Source: a virus
Length of the DNA: 64,000 bases
Virus record (IMG/VR): IMGVR_UViG_3300044643_002008
Location: 13,201 to 77,200 of that record
Strand: one strand, 5' to 3'
Below the pieces are notes generated by a model, which saw only the letters and a list, made by a program, of their open reading frames with translations, was not told the DNA's origin and searched no databases. Positions within the stretch are counted from its first letter, which is position 1. Each line of letters opens with the position of its first letter. A program made the position numbers and the translations under genes. Of the stretch, positions 25,036 through 35,659 are shown piece after piece.

Positions 25036-26697
25036 CTACGGCGTATCTGTTTGTGTTGCTGGTTTTTCTGGTGTTCTAAACGAAATCTGTACCGGCTCAT
25101 TGGTGCCTTCAGAAAAGGACACTTCAGTTACTAAGTACCCTCCCTGGAACAAACTTGGCTTTGGACCAATAATAACAGTGTATCCAGGTCTGATTATGCA
25201 CCCATTTGGCTTAAAGACCTGTATTGAGCCGTCACCCTCGAGGGGGTCGTTTTCAGACTGCCTTACGGTCGGGTATTGGGCTACCTGAAATTTCTGCGCA
25301 TCATTGGGAAGGGTTTTACCAGGGTCAAAATACAAGCGAGAATATTTTTTTACCGGAAGGTTCTGAACATTCGATACATAGTATTTTTCTTGCTGAGCAC
25401 TCAAAGCAACTGAATAGGCATCAGCGTCTTTTGTGCTAGAAAATTTTCCTAAGTGTTGACCCGTTTTTTTATAGTGCCTTATTGCCTCACTATCGCTTAC
25501 GATTGCACCGCTGCCATTCTGTTGCTTAATTACTGTAGGTATTACGACTACCAACCTGCCTTCAGTGATACTGATTGAGCGAACTGTGCTTATTGAGCCA
25601 TCGTTGTTTTTAACAATAGGCCTGTTGCTCAAATCAATATTTCCTTTAACTACAAGACCTTTCGCTGATGCTAGCTGGGTAGTTTTCATAGCTTTTGAGT
25701 CTGTCCCAAATTTCCACATAAGCCATTTTTGTGAACCATAAACCATTGTTCCGTCCATGACATAGAGAACAAACTCGTCAGCATTTGCTGCAGACTGAAG
25801 AACAGACCAAACACTCTCGTCTTTATTATTTCCACTTCCCTTATTTATTGTCTGTGTTTTTCCGTTTTTTTGCGCAATAAAATTGAGGCCGTATTTTTTT
25901 GCAGCATTAAATGCGTACTCATATGCAGAGCTTCCAGACAAGTTTTCTGGTTTTTTGTCGCGTTTCATTTTCTGTACAGCAGCATTCCATGCCGTGACTG
26001 TGACCTGGGGAGAACCGGCAGGCCCTTGGCCAACCTCGACCACTCCAATTTCGTACATTTCACCTCTGTACATAATCTGGCGGCGATTCATAAAAAAGTT
26101 TTTTTCCATCATTTCGTAGTCTTTGTCTATGACGGTAAATTGAATTTGATTAGCTGCCTCTATTGAATAGCTAACTTCAAAAGATGTTATATATGGCCCG
26201 AATGCCCTTGTTTCGGAAGACCCAGCTCTTGCCTTGAGCGAGGCGTCAAAATAAGAGTCAACGTACGTTTTGTATTTTTTTGCGTTTTGCTCATTGTTAA
26301 ATTTTCCAAGATGCTTAGAATCGCGTTTATATTTTTTTACAGCGTCTTCCTGAGAAATTTTTTTAGCTACTTTTTTGTCTGTCGTAATTACAGAAGGAAG
26401 CACGACCCATAGATTTTGGTCTTTAACTATGTAGCACGAAGCTGAAGTCAACCCCTTATTGTAATTGTAAGAAATCGCAAGAGAACTAAGTACTTCTGTT
26501 GAGTCGACAGTTGGTTTTACGTTTCCAGAATTAAAAACATCCGGTAATGCGTATAGTCGTATTATTGAGCCAAAACCATACTGGTTAAAAGCTTCGTTTT
26601 TTCTTAAAGTTTCCGTATCGTAAATACTCGAATCCCCTTGAGCAAAAGAAAGCTCAAAGTCAAGAAAAAAATCATCAATAGAAACAGAATACGCCAT
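25036..26697 (-). CDS. baseplate hub (gp27/gpD-like) with two inserted HLGKF domains
   Basis: ESVWSVLQ...FVLYVMDGTMVYG; IRPGYTV...YLVTEVSF; position in the baseplate cluster. Confidence 0.65.
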   Translation of the reverse strand: MAYSVSIDDFFLDFELSFAQGDSSIYDTETLRKNEAFNQYGFGSIIRLYALPDVFNSGNVKPTVDSTEVLSSLAISYNYNKGLTSASCYIVKDQNLWVVLPSVITTDKKVAKKISQEDAVKKYKRDSKHLGKFNNEQNAKKYKTYVDSYFDASLKARAGSSETRAFGPYITSFEVSYSIEAANQIQFTVIDKDYEMMEKNFFMNRRQIMYRGEMYEIGVVEVGQGPAGSPQVTVTAWNAAVQKMKRDKKPENLSGSSAYEYAFNAAKKYGLNFIAQKNGKTQTINKGSGNNKDESVWSVLQSAANADEFVLYVMDGTMVYGSQKWLMWKFGTDSKAMKTTQLASAKGLVVKGNIDLSNRPIVKNNDGSISTVRSISITEGRLVVVIPTVIKQQNGSGAIVSDSEAIRHYKKTGQHLGKFSSTKDADAYSVALSAQQEKYYVSNVQNLPVKKYSRLYFDPGKTLPNDAQKFQVAQYPTVRQSENDPLEGDGSIQVFKPNGCIIRPGYTVIIGPKPSLFQGGYLVTEVSFSEGTNEPVQISFRTPEKPATQTDTP

Positions 26698-26700
26698 TTT

Positions 26701-27747
26701 TTAATCAACAACCTCAAAATCGGCTTCCCTGCCAGGATATCGATTTAACAGGGCCCTCTCTCTGGCATCTGTATTGTTTATAGACCTCTCATATCTGGCT
26801 TTAGCATCGGTCATGGTTGGAGTGATTTTACTAGCTCCTTGAAGTTTTATTGTGCCCTCGTTGCCATATAAAGTTTTGTACGGAAAAGTGCTTGTTCTCG
26901 AGTAGAGAACCCATTGATTTTTGCCTTTTACTTTAATCCAAGAATTTTTATAAACTTCCGTGCTGCTGGGCTCTGTAGTCCTAAGCCATCTATACGCAGT
27001 GATTGTTTGCGCTTCGAAGGCTGCCGCCCTTTCTCGTGCTTCACGCTCAGATTTTTCAGCAGGGGTCTCCGAGCTTCCGTCAGCTCCCCCGGTTCCAGTT
27101 CCGCTTCCGCCTCCCCTGTTTCTGCTAGACGTAGGTGTGTAGTTAAGTTTTGGAAACTTTGCAAATTTATTTTCTGTTGGCTGATACTCAAGAAGACCCA
27201 TAGAACACTGAGCAGCAACTATTTTTCCGTTTGTATTTACTCTGCTTGTTTTTACAGCGAACTCAGCTATGTACCAAAATCCATTTGTTAAAAACGTGTC
27301 AAAGTTTTCAAAATAAACAGGCTCTCCGGTGTTTGCAAACCACTCAAGAGTTACGAGCTGTTGTTCGACGTTTGTACTTAAACCATCAAACTGCTCTGCA
27401 ACAAGAAATTCAAATACCGCTTTGTAATTTTTGCTGCCTCTTATATCGATGAGCGGTGCAAGCAAAGGGCGAGGTATTTCTTGAATATCAAGACCCATGC
27501 CTTCATATGCTATTTGTGTTGGCGGAAATGTAAATTCATAAAAATTAGCAGTGTTTACTTTTTGAATCATTTTTCTTGTTGCAGCTGTTTGTCCTACAGA
27601 AATGTTTGCAGTTACATAATCATAAGGACTTGGGTTTGCTAAAGTCGGAACTCTTGTTCTAATAATTACTCTTGAGGTGCTAGGGGTTGTTTTCCTAGTG
27701 ATACTCGTTATTGATTCCGGTGTATATCTTCCGTTTACTAGTGCCAT
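26701..27747 (-). CDS. tail tube initiator-like protein
   Basis: FTFPPTQI...EIPRP...WYIAEF...LLEY; lies directly after the tape measure gene. Confidence 0.55.
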   Translation of the reverse strand: MALVNGRYTPESITSITRKTTPSTSRVIIRTRVPTLANPSPYDYVTANISVGQTAATRKMIQKVNTANFYEFTFPPTQIAYEGMGLDIQEIPRPLLAPLIDIRGSKNYKAVFEFLVAEQFDGLSTNVEQQLVTLEWFANTGEPVYFENFDTFLTNGFWYIAEFAVKTSRVNTNGKIVAAQCSMGLLEYQPTENKFAKFPKLNYTPTSSRNRGGGSGTGTGGADGSSETPAEKSEREARERAAAFEAQTITAYRWLRTTEPSSTEVYKNSWIKVKGKNQWVLYSRTSTFPYKTLYGNEGTIKLQGASKITPTMTDAKARYERSINNTDARERALLNRYPGREADFEVVD

Positions 27748-30700
27748 TATCTTCTCTCCCTCCAGTTTCTTTGAGCTTTTGATATCTCGTTCATAACGAC
27801 TCTTGCTATTTCTTGCTCGCTTTGGCCTTCTGATGCGTACACGTTTATTGTTACAGCTCCGCCGCTTGGTTGCTGATTAGCAGTCGGTGCAACTTGGCCT
27901 ATTCTAGAAGTTCCAGAGTCTCCGACTGGCGAAGAAGGAGGCACAACATGTAGATGCCTTGAACCGCCCCCACCGTGAAATTCTGCAAAACCTCCGGCTT
28001 TATTGATTGTTGTTGCATATTGACCCAAGTTCTGGCCAGTTAAGTCATACGCATTTCCTGTTACGTGGTCAGAGCTAGGCGAGCCAAGTCCGTAGTTTCT
28101 CCATGCTGAAGTAACCGTGCGTTTGCCAGTCATTGTTGAATCAAAATAATTGTGTCGTGACATAGTACGACCAAGACGAGAAGACACGGTATCCCCAACA
28201 GCCGAAGCACGAGGAGAGGACGTGTCCTTCGGGTCCCACCATGTTGGTTTTTCGTTCCACCATTTTGGAGCCTGGTCAAAACCGGTGCCAATCGCGGCAA
28301 CAATGTCTGTCTTAAGCTTTTCCTGCTGTGTTGTTAGCTGGTCGGTAATTGTCCCCGCTGTGCTTTCTTTCAAACCACCAAGGGCAGAAATATCAACACC
28401 CATTCCAATAAGGTTTGCTGAAATTTCTTGCGAGTTACTGCCAAGGCCACTTCCGCTTTGCAAAAATGCTTCAATCTTTCTTGCATTTGCCTGGACAGCT
28501 GGGTCTGTCGATTTATACATTGTCTCAAGCTGGGACTGTATTCCGGCAAAACCTTCTGCACCTTTAGTAAACTCAAATCCACCCTGGTTCATTAACTGTG
28601 TCAGGGCTTGTGTTCTGTTTTGAGCAAGATTTGATGCCTGTGCATTAATTAGCTGGTCGTATTGAGGACCAGCATTTGCAATAAAATCTGCACGACCAAC
28701 GTTAGCTAAGTGTCCACCGGCTTGAAACTGAGTACCTCCTTCGCCATACATCCCCTGCAAGGTATACATCTGCGATAAAGGGTCTTCAGGGTTTGTGTTG
28801 GCCAGGTATTCAGAAGTTTTTTGAAGAAGCCCAATGTAGTCGTCTCTTGAGCCAGTACCAGCAGATGCAATACCTTGACCGGCTGCATTCATTGCGCTAG
28901 TTAGTTTTTCCGTTTCAAACATATCATCGAAAACACGGTTAGCCCTAAGAAGGGCGTCTGTTCCAGAGGCTGCCAGACCCTCCACCGTAAGGTCCATTTG
29001 CTGACCAAGTCCGCTAATAGCATCTGTCAATTTAAGCGTTGGCTCATAAAGGTTTACACCCATGCTTTGAGCTAGCTCCATTATCTCTTTTCTAGATTTG
29101 CCAGTAGAACCTTGTAGGCCATTCATCAGATTCTCAAAAGAACCAGACAGAGACTTTGTAACAACATCGGTATCTGTAGCGATTGTTTGAAGTTCGTCGC
29201 CAAATGTCCCCTTGTGCTGTCTTGCTCTCTGTGCCTGGGTGTTTGTAATTGTTCCTTTTCTCTCCAGGTCGGTTATGTAGGAATCTTGCTCTGATGCAGA
29301 CATGGATTTAAATCTTGACGCCCTGGTAAGCATTGCTCCAGCAACGCCTTTTGCTCCAGTTGTATCTCCAGTAATAAACTTAGATACAACGTCACCAAGG
29401 CTTTTGGCAGAAACTGATTTTGCTGCTTCTTTTGCAACATTTTTTTCAGCTTTTTTACCGCCAAAGAATCCAACGATTCCGCCAACAACCGTTCCAACGA
29501 GAGCTCCAACAGCGGTTCCGATTACTGGGACAAACGAGCCAACAGCAGCACCAAGGGCAGCACCAGAGGCCATACCTGTCAACGCTCCACCGCCTGCAGT
29601 TCTTGCTCCTGTACCTTTTGCAAGGTTTACAAGAGTTCCTGCACCCATCGCTCCAAGACCGAGCATTGGGTTTACAGCCATCAGGCCTGCACCCATATTT
29701 ATGGCTCCGGCGTTTTCCTTCATGAAAGAAGGGGCCATGCCCGAGTTGGTGAGAGCTGAAATAGCCATACCACCAACCATGCCCCCCATTCCAAATCCAC
29801 CTTTAAACCCTGCTTTTGCTCTTGCTATTTTTGCTTTTCTGCCGGTTAATTGGTTTGGGTTTGCTACATATCCACCCTTTGTTACATACGAACCAAGATT
29901 TTGGTCATATACGGCTCCAGGAGTTCCGGCCGCAACCCTATTTACCTTTTGGTCGTCGTATATGTTTTGATTGTGGAAATCCCACTCTGCTTTTGCTATT
30001 CTTCGAGATTCCGATGGGTTGAACTGTGAGCCAACGAAACTTGCAGCGCTCAGGAGCTTCGAGTTTCTTCCGCCGCGGAAAATTCTTCCGCCTAGCCGCC
30101 CTCCGCTTATTCTTGTTCTAGTGGCATCAACGTTTCTTCTTCCCGCAGATATTGGGTTTCCATTAGCGTCCAGCATTGCTTGCCCGGTAGTGGGGTCAAA
30201 ATCGTAAAGACCTTGCCCTGCATACATCGGTAGCCCCATCATCGACATGGCGGCATTACCCATGTGCTGATACTTGTTTTGAGCTTTGCCGCCGCCCATT
30301 CTGGCAGCTCTTTGAGCGCTTCTTCTTCCCTTAAAGGCGCCGTATCCTGCAATACCCATAAGCATTTCGCCACCAAAAGGTATTCTCGCAATTAGCTCAA
30401 CAACTTTTGTTACAGCGCTAATAATTTTGCTTACAACGTCAAGTATTTGATTTATCGTAGGAAGCGCGGCAACAAATGCTTCTTTAAACTTTTGAGCGAA
30501 AAGCATGAGCTGGTCGACGACCTTGCCCAAACCTTCACCAAAACCTATAAAGTCATCTTTATTTTCGACAGCAAGTTGAGCAAAAGCTTTTACGTTTTCG
30601 CCAATACCTTTAAACAATTCCTTAAGAGGTATTCCAAACATATCAATAACAATTGACCCACCTTCTCTTAGTTCGTTAAGGGTGTCTTTTGTTGACTGAA

Positions 30701-31940
30701 ATATACTTTTAAACTGGAGCCACCAGCCCTTTATCTGTCCAAGCATTCCTTCTGACTGAGGCAAATACTTGTCAAAAAGCTTTACGGTAAAGTCTGTAAT
30801 TTTCTCAACCGCCTTAACGATTGTCGGAAGGAAACTGCCCTCTCCAAACTTTGTTATTCCGGGGGCTATTCTTTGTATGCCGTTTCTTACAATGTTGAAT
30901 ATTTCAGCTAATGCTTTTTTTGCTGGCGCTAGGAGTGGTGTTCCGATATCCCCAAACAGGCCTACGAGAAGTGTCTTGTACTTCTTGAACAGCCCAACAA
31001 GTGTTCCTTCAACTGCGTCTGCAGCACCAGTAACACCTCCAGCTTTTGACATGTCGCCAGAAAGTATCGAGCTGAAGATTTCGTTTACTCCGCCACCGCT
31101 CTTCTTGATTTTCTTAAAAGCTTTTTCAAATTCTGGCCCGATAGCCTTAGCTGCTGCACTTACTTTGGCGGTAACTTTTCCTTCTTTTTGAAGAAGGCCT
31201 ACAAACTCACCTATTCCTGCAAGGTTTTTACCGGGGTCGCCACCTATTGCTGCAAAGTCTCTCAGGGCTCTAATTACCTGCTGTGACTTGCCGGTAAACT
31301 GACTGTTTTTACTTACTGCAGCAAACGCGGCATTGAGGTTTTCTACACCAAATACGGCAAGTTCAGTGTCGTTTGTAAGGTTTCTTAGTTGCGCCATGCT
31401 GTGGTTCATTGCGGAACCAAATAAGGGTGTTGCTTTTTGAGTGTGAGCAAACTGAGCTGCCGTATACTCTCTCTGCGCTGCTGCGGCTATAGCGAGGGCA
31501 GCTCCGACGGCAGCAGCGGCAGCAGCAACTCCACCCATCGACCATTTATATGCCTTCATTATTGCATTGCCAATAGTAAAAGCAGCATTGACTAGCATTA
31601 GTGAGCCAGCGGTTACGGCAAACTCTATGCCAAGACCGATAACCGCAAACATCAATACTCTTGCGACTTTGGCAAATTGTGAAAAGCCCCTAGTCCCTTT
31701 GCTCATGTACTGCTGAAGAACTTGCTGTTTTTGACCCAGGTTCGTTGTTGCTGCTGCGTTTTGTCTTAGCTGTTTAGTGGATGCAGACATTGAGCCACTA
31801 AGTTGTGTAAAGCCTTTTGACGTCCTGTTGACTCTTTTTTCCAGAGCCTTGGACTGAGCGCCAAGTGTCGCCATCTTTGCAGACAGCTTTTCAAAGCCCT
31901 GTCCGGCAACCCTGACAACTACGTTTTCAACTTCTGCCAT
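27747..31940 (-). CDS. tape measure protein with C-terminal M15-type peptidase domain
   Basis: 1397 aa, Ala/Gly-rich, hydrophobic segments; VTSAWR...SDHVTGNAYD...HLHV. Confidence 0.88.
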   Translation of the reverse strand: MAEVENVVVRVAGQGFEKLSAKMATLGAQSKALEKRVNRTSKGFTQLSGSMSASTKQLRQNAAATTNLGQKQQVLQQYMSKGTRGFSQFAKVARVLMFAVIGLGIEFAVTAGSLMLVNAAFTIGNAIMKAYKWSMGGVAAAAAAVGAALAIAAAAQREYTAAQFAHTQKATPLFGSAMNHSMAQLRNLTNDTELAVFGVENLNAAFAAVSKNSQFTGKSQQVIRALRDFAAIGGDPGKNLAGIGEFVGLLQKEGKVTAKVSAAAKAIGPEFEKAFKKIKKSGGGVNEIFSSILSGDMSKAGGVTGAADAVEGTLVGLFKKYKTLLVGLFGDIGTPLLAPAKKALAEIFNIVRNGIQRIAPGITKFGEGSFLPTIVKAVEKITDFTVKLFDKYLPQSEGMLGQIKGWWLQFKSIFQSTKDTLNELREGGSIVIDMFGIPLKELFKGIGENVKAFAQLAVENKDDFIGFGEGLGKVVDQLMLFAQKFKEAFVAALPTINQILDVVSKIISAVTKVVELIARIPFGGEMLMGIAGYGAFKGRRSAQRAARMGGGKAQNKYQHMGNAAMSMMGLPMYAGQGLYDFDPTTGQAMLDANGNPISAGRRNVDATRTRISGGRLGGRIFRGGRNSKLLSAASFVGSQFNPSESRRIAKAEWDFHNQNIYDDQKVNRVAAGTPGAVYDQNLGSYVTKGGYVANPNQLTGRKAKIARAKAGFKGGFGMGGMVGGMAISALTNSGMAPSFMKENAGAINMGAGLMAVNPMLGLGAMGAGTLVNLAKGTGARTAGGGALTGMASGAALGAAVGSFVPVIGTAVGALVGTVVGGIVGFFGGKKAEKNVAKEAAKSVSAKSLGDVVSKFITGDTTGAKGVAGAMLTRASRFKSMSASEQDSYITDLERKGTITNTQAQRARQHKGTFGDELQTIATDTDVVTKSLSGSFENLMNGLQGSTGKSRKEIMELAQSMGVNLYEPTLKLTDAISGLGQQMDLTVEGLAASGTDALLRANRVFDDMFETEKLTSAMNAAGQGIASAGTGSRDDYIGLLQKTSEYLANTNPEDPLSQMYTLQGMYGEGGTQFQAGGHLANVGRADFIANAGPQYDQLINAQASNLAQNRTQALTQLMNQGGFEFTKGAEGFAGIQSQLETMYKSTDPAVQANARKIEAFLQSGSGLGSNSQEISANLIGMGVDISALGGLKESTAGTITDQLTTQQEKLKTDIVAAIGTGFDQAPKWWNEKPTWWDPKDTSSPRASAVGDTVSSRLGRTMSRHNYFDSTMTGKRTVTSAWRNYGLGSPSSDHVTGNAYDLTGQNLGQYATTINKAGGFAEFHGGGGSRHLHVVPPSSPVGDSGTSRIGQVAPTANQQPSGGAVTINVYASEGQSEQEIARVVMNEISKAQRNWRERR

Positions 31941-31955
31941 ACGACATCCTATTTA

Positions 31956-32635
31956 CTAAGTCGCAGCATTCTGCTCTTCGTTGTCGGCCTCAATAACTTT
32001 AGCACATGCGTGCCTAATTAGCCATTCTTCTTCAGAACAACGCAGTATTTCTACGGGGTCAGTGCCAAAGGCTTTTCCCATTCTCGCCGCGGAAATAATC
32101 CGCGAGTCCTTAACTAATTCGTCAAGGACTATTTCGTAGGGTTTTCCTTTTCCGCCTCAATCGTGTCCCCATATCCAGCCGAGTCAATAATCGCAAGAGC
32201 GGCAGACTCGAGGTGTGGGTCGAGACCAAAGAATGTCTGAACGCAGTCAGGAATGGCTCGAGTTGCGCCCGTCATTGAAAGTACAGATGGTGAGGCAAAG
32301 CCAAGAGGCTTACCAGATTCGAAAACTTCCTGATTATTAAAATAGATGCCACGAGTGGTTTGTCCAATAACGGTACAGGCAAACTTGACCGCATCAAGAC
32401 CGTTCTTTGACTCTGAACCACAGCTTCGCTGCCATGCGCGGAGTTGGTTTTGGGAGATGTTTGGGCTAACAAGAAGCTTTACACCTGGGCGTTCAGGAAC
32501 ATCAATAAAGATTTCCGGACGAGATACCTTTTTAGATATAACGTCTTTTAGTTGGTCAAGAATGGTTTCCTCACTAGCGTCAAGGACACTTGTTGAGTTT
32601 TCTTCTTCTGGGATGAAATACAGTTCGTCTGTCAT
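31956..32635 (-). CDS. tail assembly chaperone, -1 frameshifted long form
   Basis: Slippery-like GGAAAAG/GGAAAAC at 32141-32153; the -1 frame stays open (PYEIVLDELVKDSRIISAARMGKAFGTDP...NAAT*) to TAG at 31956. Confidence 0.75.
32129..32635 (-). CDS. tail assembly chaperone, short form
   Basis: Between tube and tape measure; ends ENPTK*. Confidence 0.75.
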   Translation of the reverse strand: MTDELYFIPEEENSTSVLDASEETILDQLKDVISKKVSRPEIFIDVPERPGVKLLVSPNISQNQLRAWQRSCGSESKNGLDAVKFACTVIGQTTRGIYFNNQEVFESGKPLGFASPSVLSMTGATRAIPDCVQTFFGLDPHLESAALAIIDSAGYGDTIEAEKENPTK

Positions 32636-32682
32636 GGAGTGAACACTATCACGACATATCTGCTATGCAGTGAACGTATTAA

Positions 32683-33168
32683 CTATCGACCAGGAGTTGC
32701 GGTGCTTCCCTGAGAAGGTACACCGGATATTGCAAACGTAAGTGCGTACGTTGCTGGGGCACCTGAAGAAGAGTCACCTTCTGGCTCGGTTACACCAACA
32801 AGCAAAGCCTTTGAATAAATGCGCTCGGACTGGAAGTTAGCTATGTCGCAATCAGCATCGTAGATTTTGATTGTGTAGTAGGCACGGCCTACAACTTGAC
32901 GAGCCTCGTGCAGCTTCACTCTCTCAGCGTCTGAGTAGTGCTTCGTAACGGTGATGTCGCCAACTTCTGCTGGGGCACAAAGCGTTTCAGGGAAAGCCTG
33001 TCCGCCAAGGTAGATTTTTTCTACCGACGCGGTTATTTCTCCACCTGAAACCTGGGCAAAGAAGAGTCCAGCTTCAGTGTTGCTACCAATAGCTGGTCCT
33101 GCTGTACCAGCACTGGAGTCTGGCGTTATTTCGGCCAATACCTGGCGCTGTGAAATTCTTTTTGTCAT
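32683..33168 (-). CDS. tail tube protein
   Basis: Follows sheath; FAQVSGGE...GDITVTK...PEGDSSS. Confidence 0.8.
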   Translation of the reverse strand: MTKRISQRQVLAEITPDSSAGTAGPAIGSNTEAGLFFAQVSGGEITASVEKIYLGGQAFPETLCAPAEVGDITVTKHYSDAERVKLHEARQVVGRAYYTIKIYDADCDIANFQSERIYSKALLVGVTEPEGDSSSGAPATYALTFAISGVPSQGSTATPGR

Positions 33169-33180
33169 TTTTTACCTCAA

Positions 33181-34644
33181 TTAAACGAGCGAAGATGTAA
33201 GTGATGATTTTGTGACTTCGACCTCAATCTTGTCACCTATTCCAGTAACGCGTGCTCCGACTTTTGCAACAATCTTGCCTTCTGCAAGCTGTGTAACTGG
33301 GTTGAGTGCGTCTGAAACAACTACGGAATATCCTGCATCTATCTGATTTCCGTTTACATCAAAAGCTGGGAAAAGTCCGCCAGCTTTTGCGATGGGGTCA
33401 AGAATCCCCGTCAGAGTCGAGGCAACGCGAGCGAAAATTGTTCTACGGCCATCGATTGGCTGGAAGAGGAGGGTTTCAAGGTCTCGTTCTGCCAGGTAGA
33501 CGATGTAGTTAAGAACTTCTTGCCCGGTGATGAAGCGGAAGTTATCGACGTCTGTCGACATTGAACGAGCACCGTAGATACGAAGGCTTCCTTGCACGAT
33601 GCGGATGGCGTTTACGTTTCCTAGGTCAACCGTGTCTGTGTCTTCTTTTGATACGACGGTCTCAAGACCGACTACGTAAGAAGCTGCGCCTGCTTCGCCG
33701 GCATATGGGTACCAGACTCCACGAGAGTTTTGAGTTGCCGCTCTGCGACCAGCTACGAATCCTTCTGGTGGAATCGTCATGGTGAGTGCGCCGTTTGGCA
33801 CCTTAACCCAGGGCCAGTAGATGGCGAGGTGCTCTGAGTTTTCATCGCCTCGGTATCCAGAAGCAGATGTAACTGCGTTTGCTGCGCTGCTTCCGGCTGG
33901 AACGCTTGAGAGCGCAATTCTATGGTTGGTGTTTGCGTTTGCAACGAGAGCGTCAACCGTGACCGTGTCATAGTACCCAGGAGCCATCAGTGAACCAGGT
34001 CCAAGGTCGTATGTGAAGTATCCAAGTGCCGCAACTACGTTTGCTGCCGCAACTGTGGCTCCATCGTCTCCGGAGCTAAAGTTTTTACCATCAATAGCTA
34101 CAGGAATTGTTGTTCCAGTAGAAGCGGCTGTTACATAAAGTCCAGCAACTGGGCTGTTGTTGATTTCGTTAATAAAATCAGCTTTGGTTGCGGAGGTGTA
34201 TGTTCCAGAAGTGTAAACCTCTTCGCCGTCCAAAAGAATGACTACCTTAAAGGTTGTGAGTGAAGGGTTTGTTACAGTTGCTTCAAGAACACCATCATGA
34301 GCCCATTCACCAGTGCCTGCTGCTGTAAGTGTTATTGCAGTTGTTGGCTCAGTAGCGTTGTTTAAAAGAACACACGTTGCTGGTTCGGAACCGGTACCGA
34401 CAGCGCGAGATACGTAAATACGCGCTCCGCCTTCTTCAAAGAATGTCTTCACAGTCTGGTGAACGTATCCAGCAGAGGTGTAACCACCATAAAGTGCCTC
34501 ATACTGAGCAAAGCTAGAAATCAAGGTCGCAGAACCAGATGGGCCGCGACTTGTGACACCAGCAACAAAAGCAGTAGCTGTTGGAATGACTTGAACCGCT
34601 GTTGGCCCTGTTCTTACTGCTGTTGTAACGACTACACCTGGCAT
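33181..34644 (-). CDS. contractile tail sheath protein
   Basis: MPGVVV start with GGAGG RBS; FFEEGG, YWPWV, PPEGFVAG, VNAIR...IYGARSM. Confidence 0.93.
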   Translation of the reverse strand: MPGVVVTTAVRTGPTAVQVIPTATAFVAGVTSRGPSGSATLISSFAQYEALYGGYTSAGYVHQTVKTFFEEGGARIYVSRAVGTGSEPATCVLLNNATEPTTAITLTAAGTGEWAHDGVLEATVTNPSLTTFKVVILLDGEEVYTSGTYTSATKADFINEINNSPVAGLYVTAASTGTTIPVAIDGKNFSSGDDGATVAAANVVAALGYFTYDLGPGSLMAPGYYDTVTVDALVANANTNHRIALSSVPAGSSAANAVTSASGYRGDENSEHLAIYWPWVKVPNGALTMTIPPEGFVAGRRAATQNSRGVWYPYAGEAGAASYVVGLETVVSKEDTDTVDLGNVNAIRIVQGSLRIYGARSMSTDVDNFRFITGQEVLNYIVYLAERDLETLLFQPIDGRRTIFARVASTLTGILDPIAKAGGLFPAFDVNGNQIDAGYSVVVSDALNPVTQLAEGKIVAKVGARVTGIGDKIEVEVTKSSLTSSLV

Positions 34645-34697
34645 ACTGTTCCTCCGTCCCAAATGGAACTATTAAAATAAAACCTAACTGATTATAG

Positions 34698-35063
34698 TTA
34701 GATGTCTGTTGTTTCTATTGCAACTACTGAATCTTCTTGTTTTGTTTCTTCTGTAGCTACGGCTTCTATCAATTCTGATTCAGCAGTTTCGGCTGCTGTT
34801 TCTGCCTTTTTGTATTTTTTTCCACTTTTTGCATCGTTTTGTGCAACTTCTTTTTCAGAAGAGGAAAAATCATAAACAGCAAGAAATCCATTTCTGGCAG
34901 CTATTTCAATGTGCATGTTTTCGATAGCGATAACTGCCTCGCCTGGTCCGATGTAATCCCCTGTGAAGTTGACTTGAATCGGTCTGTCTGTCTCATTGAC
35001 ATACTGCGTCATTCCATTGCATCCGGATGGAATTGAAGTTTGCGGTGTTTTAAAAATTTTCAT
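34698..35063 (-). CDS. hypothetical protein
   Basis: 121 aa between tail completion and sheath genes. Confidence 0.55.
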   Translation of the reverse strand: MKIFKTPQTSIPSGCNGMTQYVNETDRPIQVNFTGDYIGPGEAVIAIENMHIEIAARNGFLAVYDFSSSEKEVAQNDAKSGKKYKKAETAAETAESELIEAVATEETKQEDSVVAIETTDI

Positions 35064-35068
35064 AACTT

Positions 35069-35659
35069 TTAGGCCTCTAGCTGATTTATCGTCATTGCTG
35101 TAAAGTCTATTTCATCAAGCATTCCGTATGGTTCGCGCGTGATTACTTCTTCTAGCTCTATATCATAACCTAAATAAGCACCAGCCATTACACGGTCACC
35201 CTTTAATAGCGTTAATTCAGAAAACTCTTCTGTTAATGTTTCCTCTAGTATTTTTGCGCTTCTTGTTGTGTACGCCCTTGACAAACATGGGTGGTCAAGA
35301 AGGGCGGACCTCACAACCGTTGTTAGCTGGTCTCTCATCAGCGTTGCGGCCTCTGAGCCCTCTGTTCTAACCCAGACGTACGTACGCATTCCGTAAATGA
35401 CCGTGTACATCGGGTCGTTGTTTCCGACGTAGTTCTCTCGCTCAAATCTCTTTGTGGATATAGCGACAGTAATGATTGTTGGCCATTCATCAAGAGCTAG
35501 TGGCTCGTACGTTATGTACTTTTCCGGGGAAGGAAGCGCCGTTGAGTCAAGATTCCATGAGTTTCTGTATCTGATGATTCTTTGCGGAATATCTTTCTCC
35601 AGGTACCCGTTGACATATTGCTTAGCAAACTGAGCGCCAAACATTGTTTCTAGCGTCAT
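35069..35659 (-). CDS. putative tail terminator / completion protein
   Basis: Position in neck cluster; start at MTLETMFG, overlapping the upstream stop. Confidence 0.55.
   Translation of the reverse strand: MTLETMFGAQFAKQYVNGYLEKDIPQRIIRYRNSWNLDSTALPSPEKYITYEPLALDEWPTIITVAISTKRFERENYVGNNDPMYTVIYGMRTYVWVRTEGSEAATLMRDQLTTVVRSALLDHPCLSRAYTTRSAKILEETLTEEFSELTLLKGDRVMAGAYLGYDIELEEVITREPYGMLDEIDFTAMTINQLEA

Noticed and set aside
32129-32131. Stop-codon readthrough or recoded genetic code
   Set aside because: Another in-frame TAG follows five codons later, and TAA, TAG and TGA all end tightly packed genes across the window.
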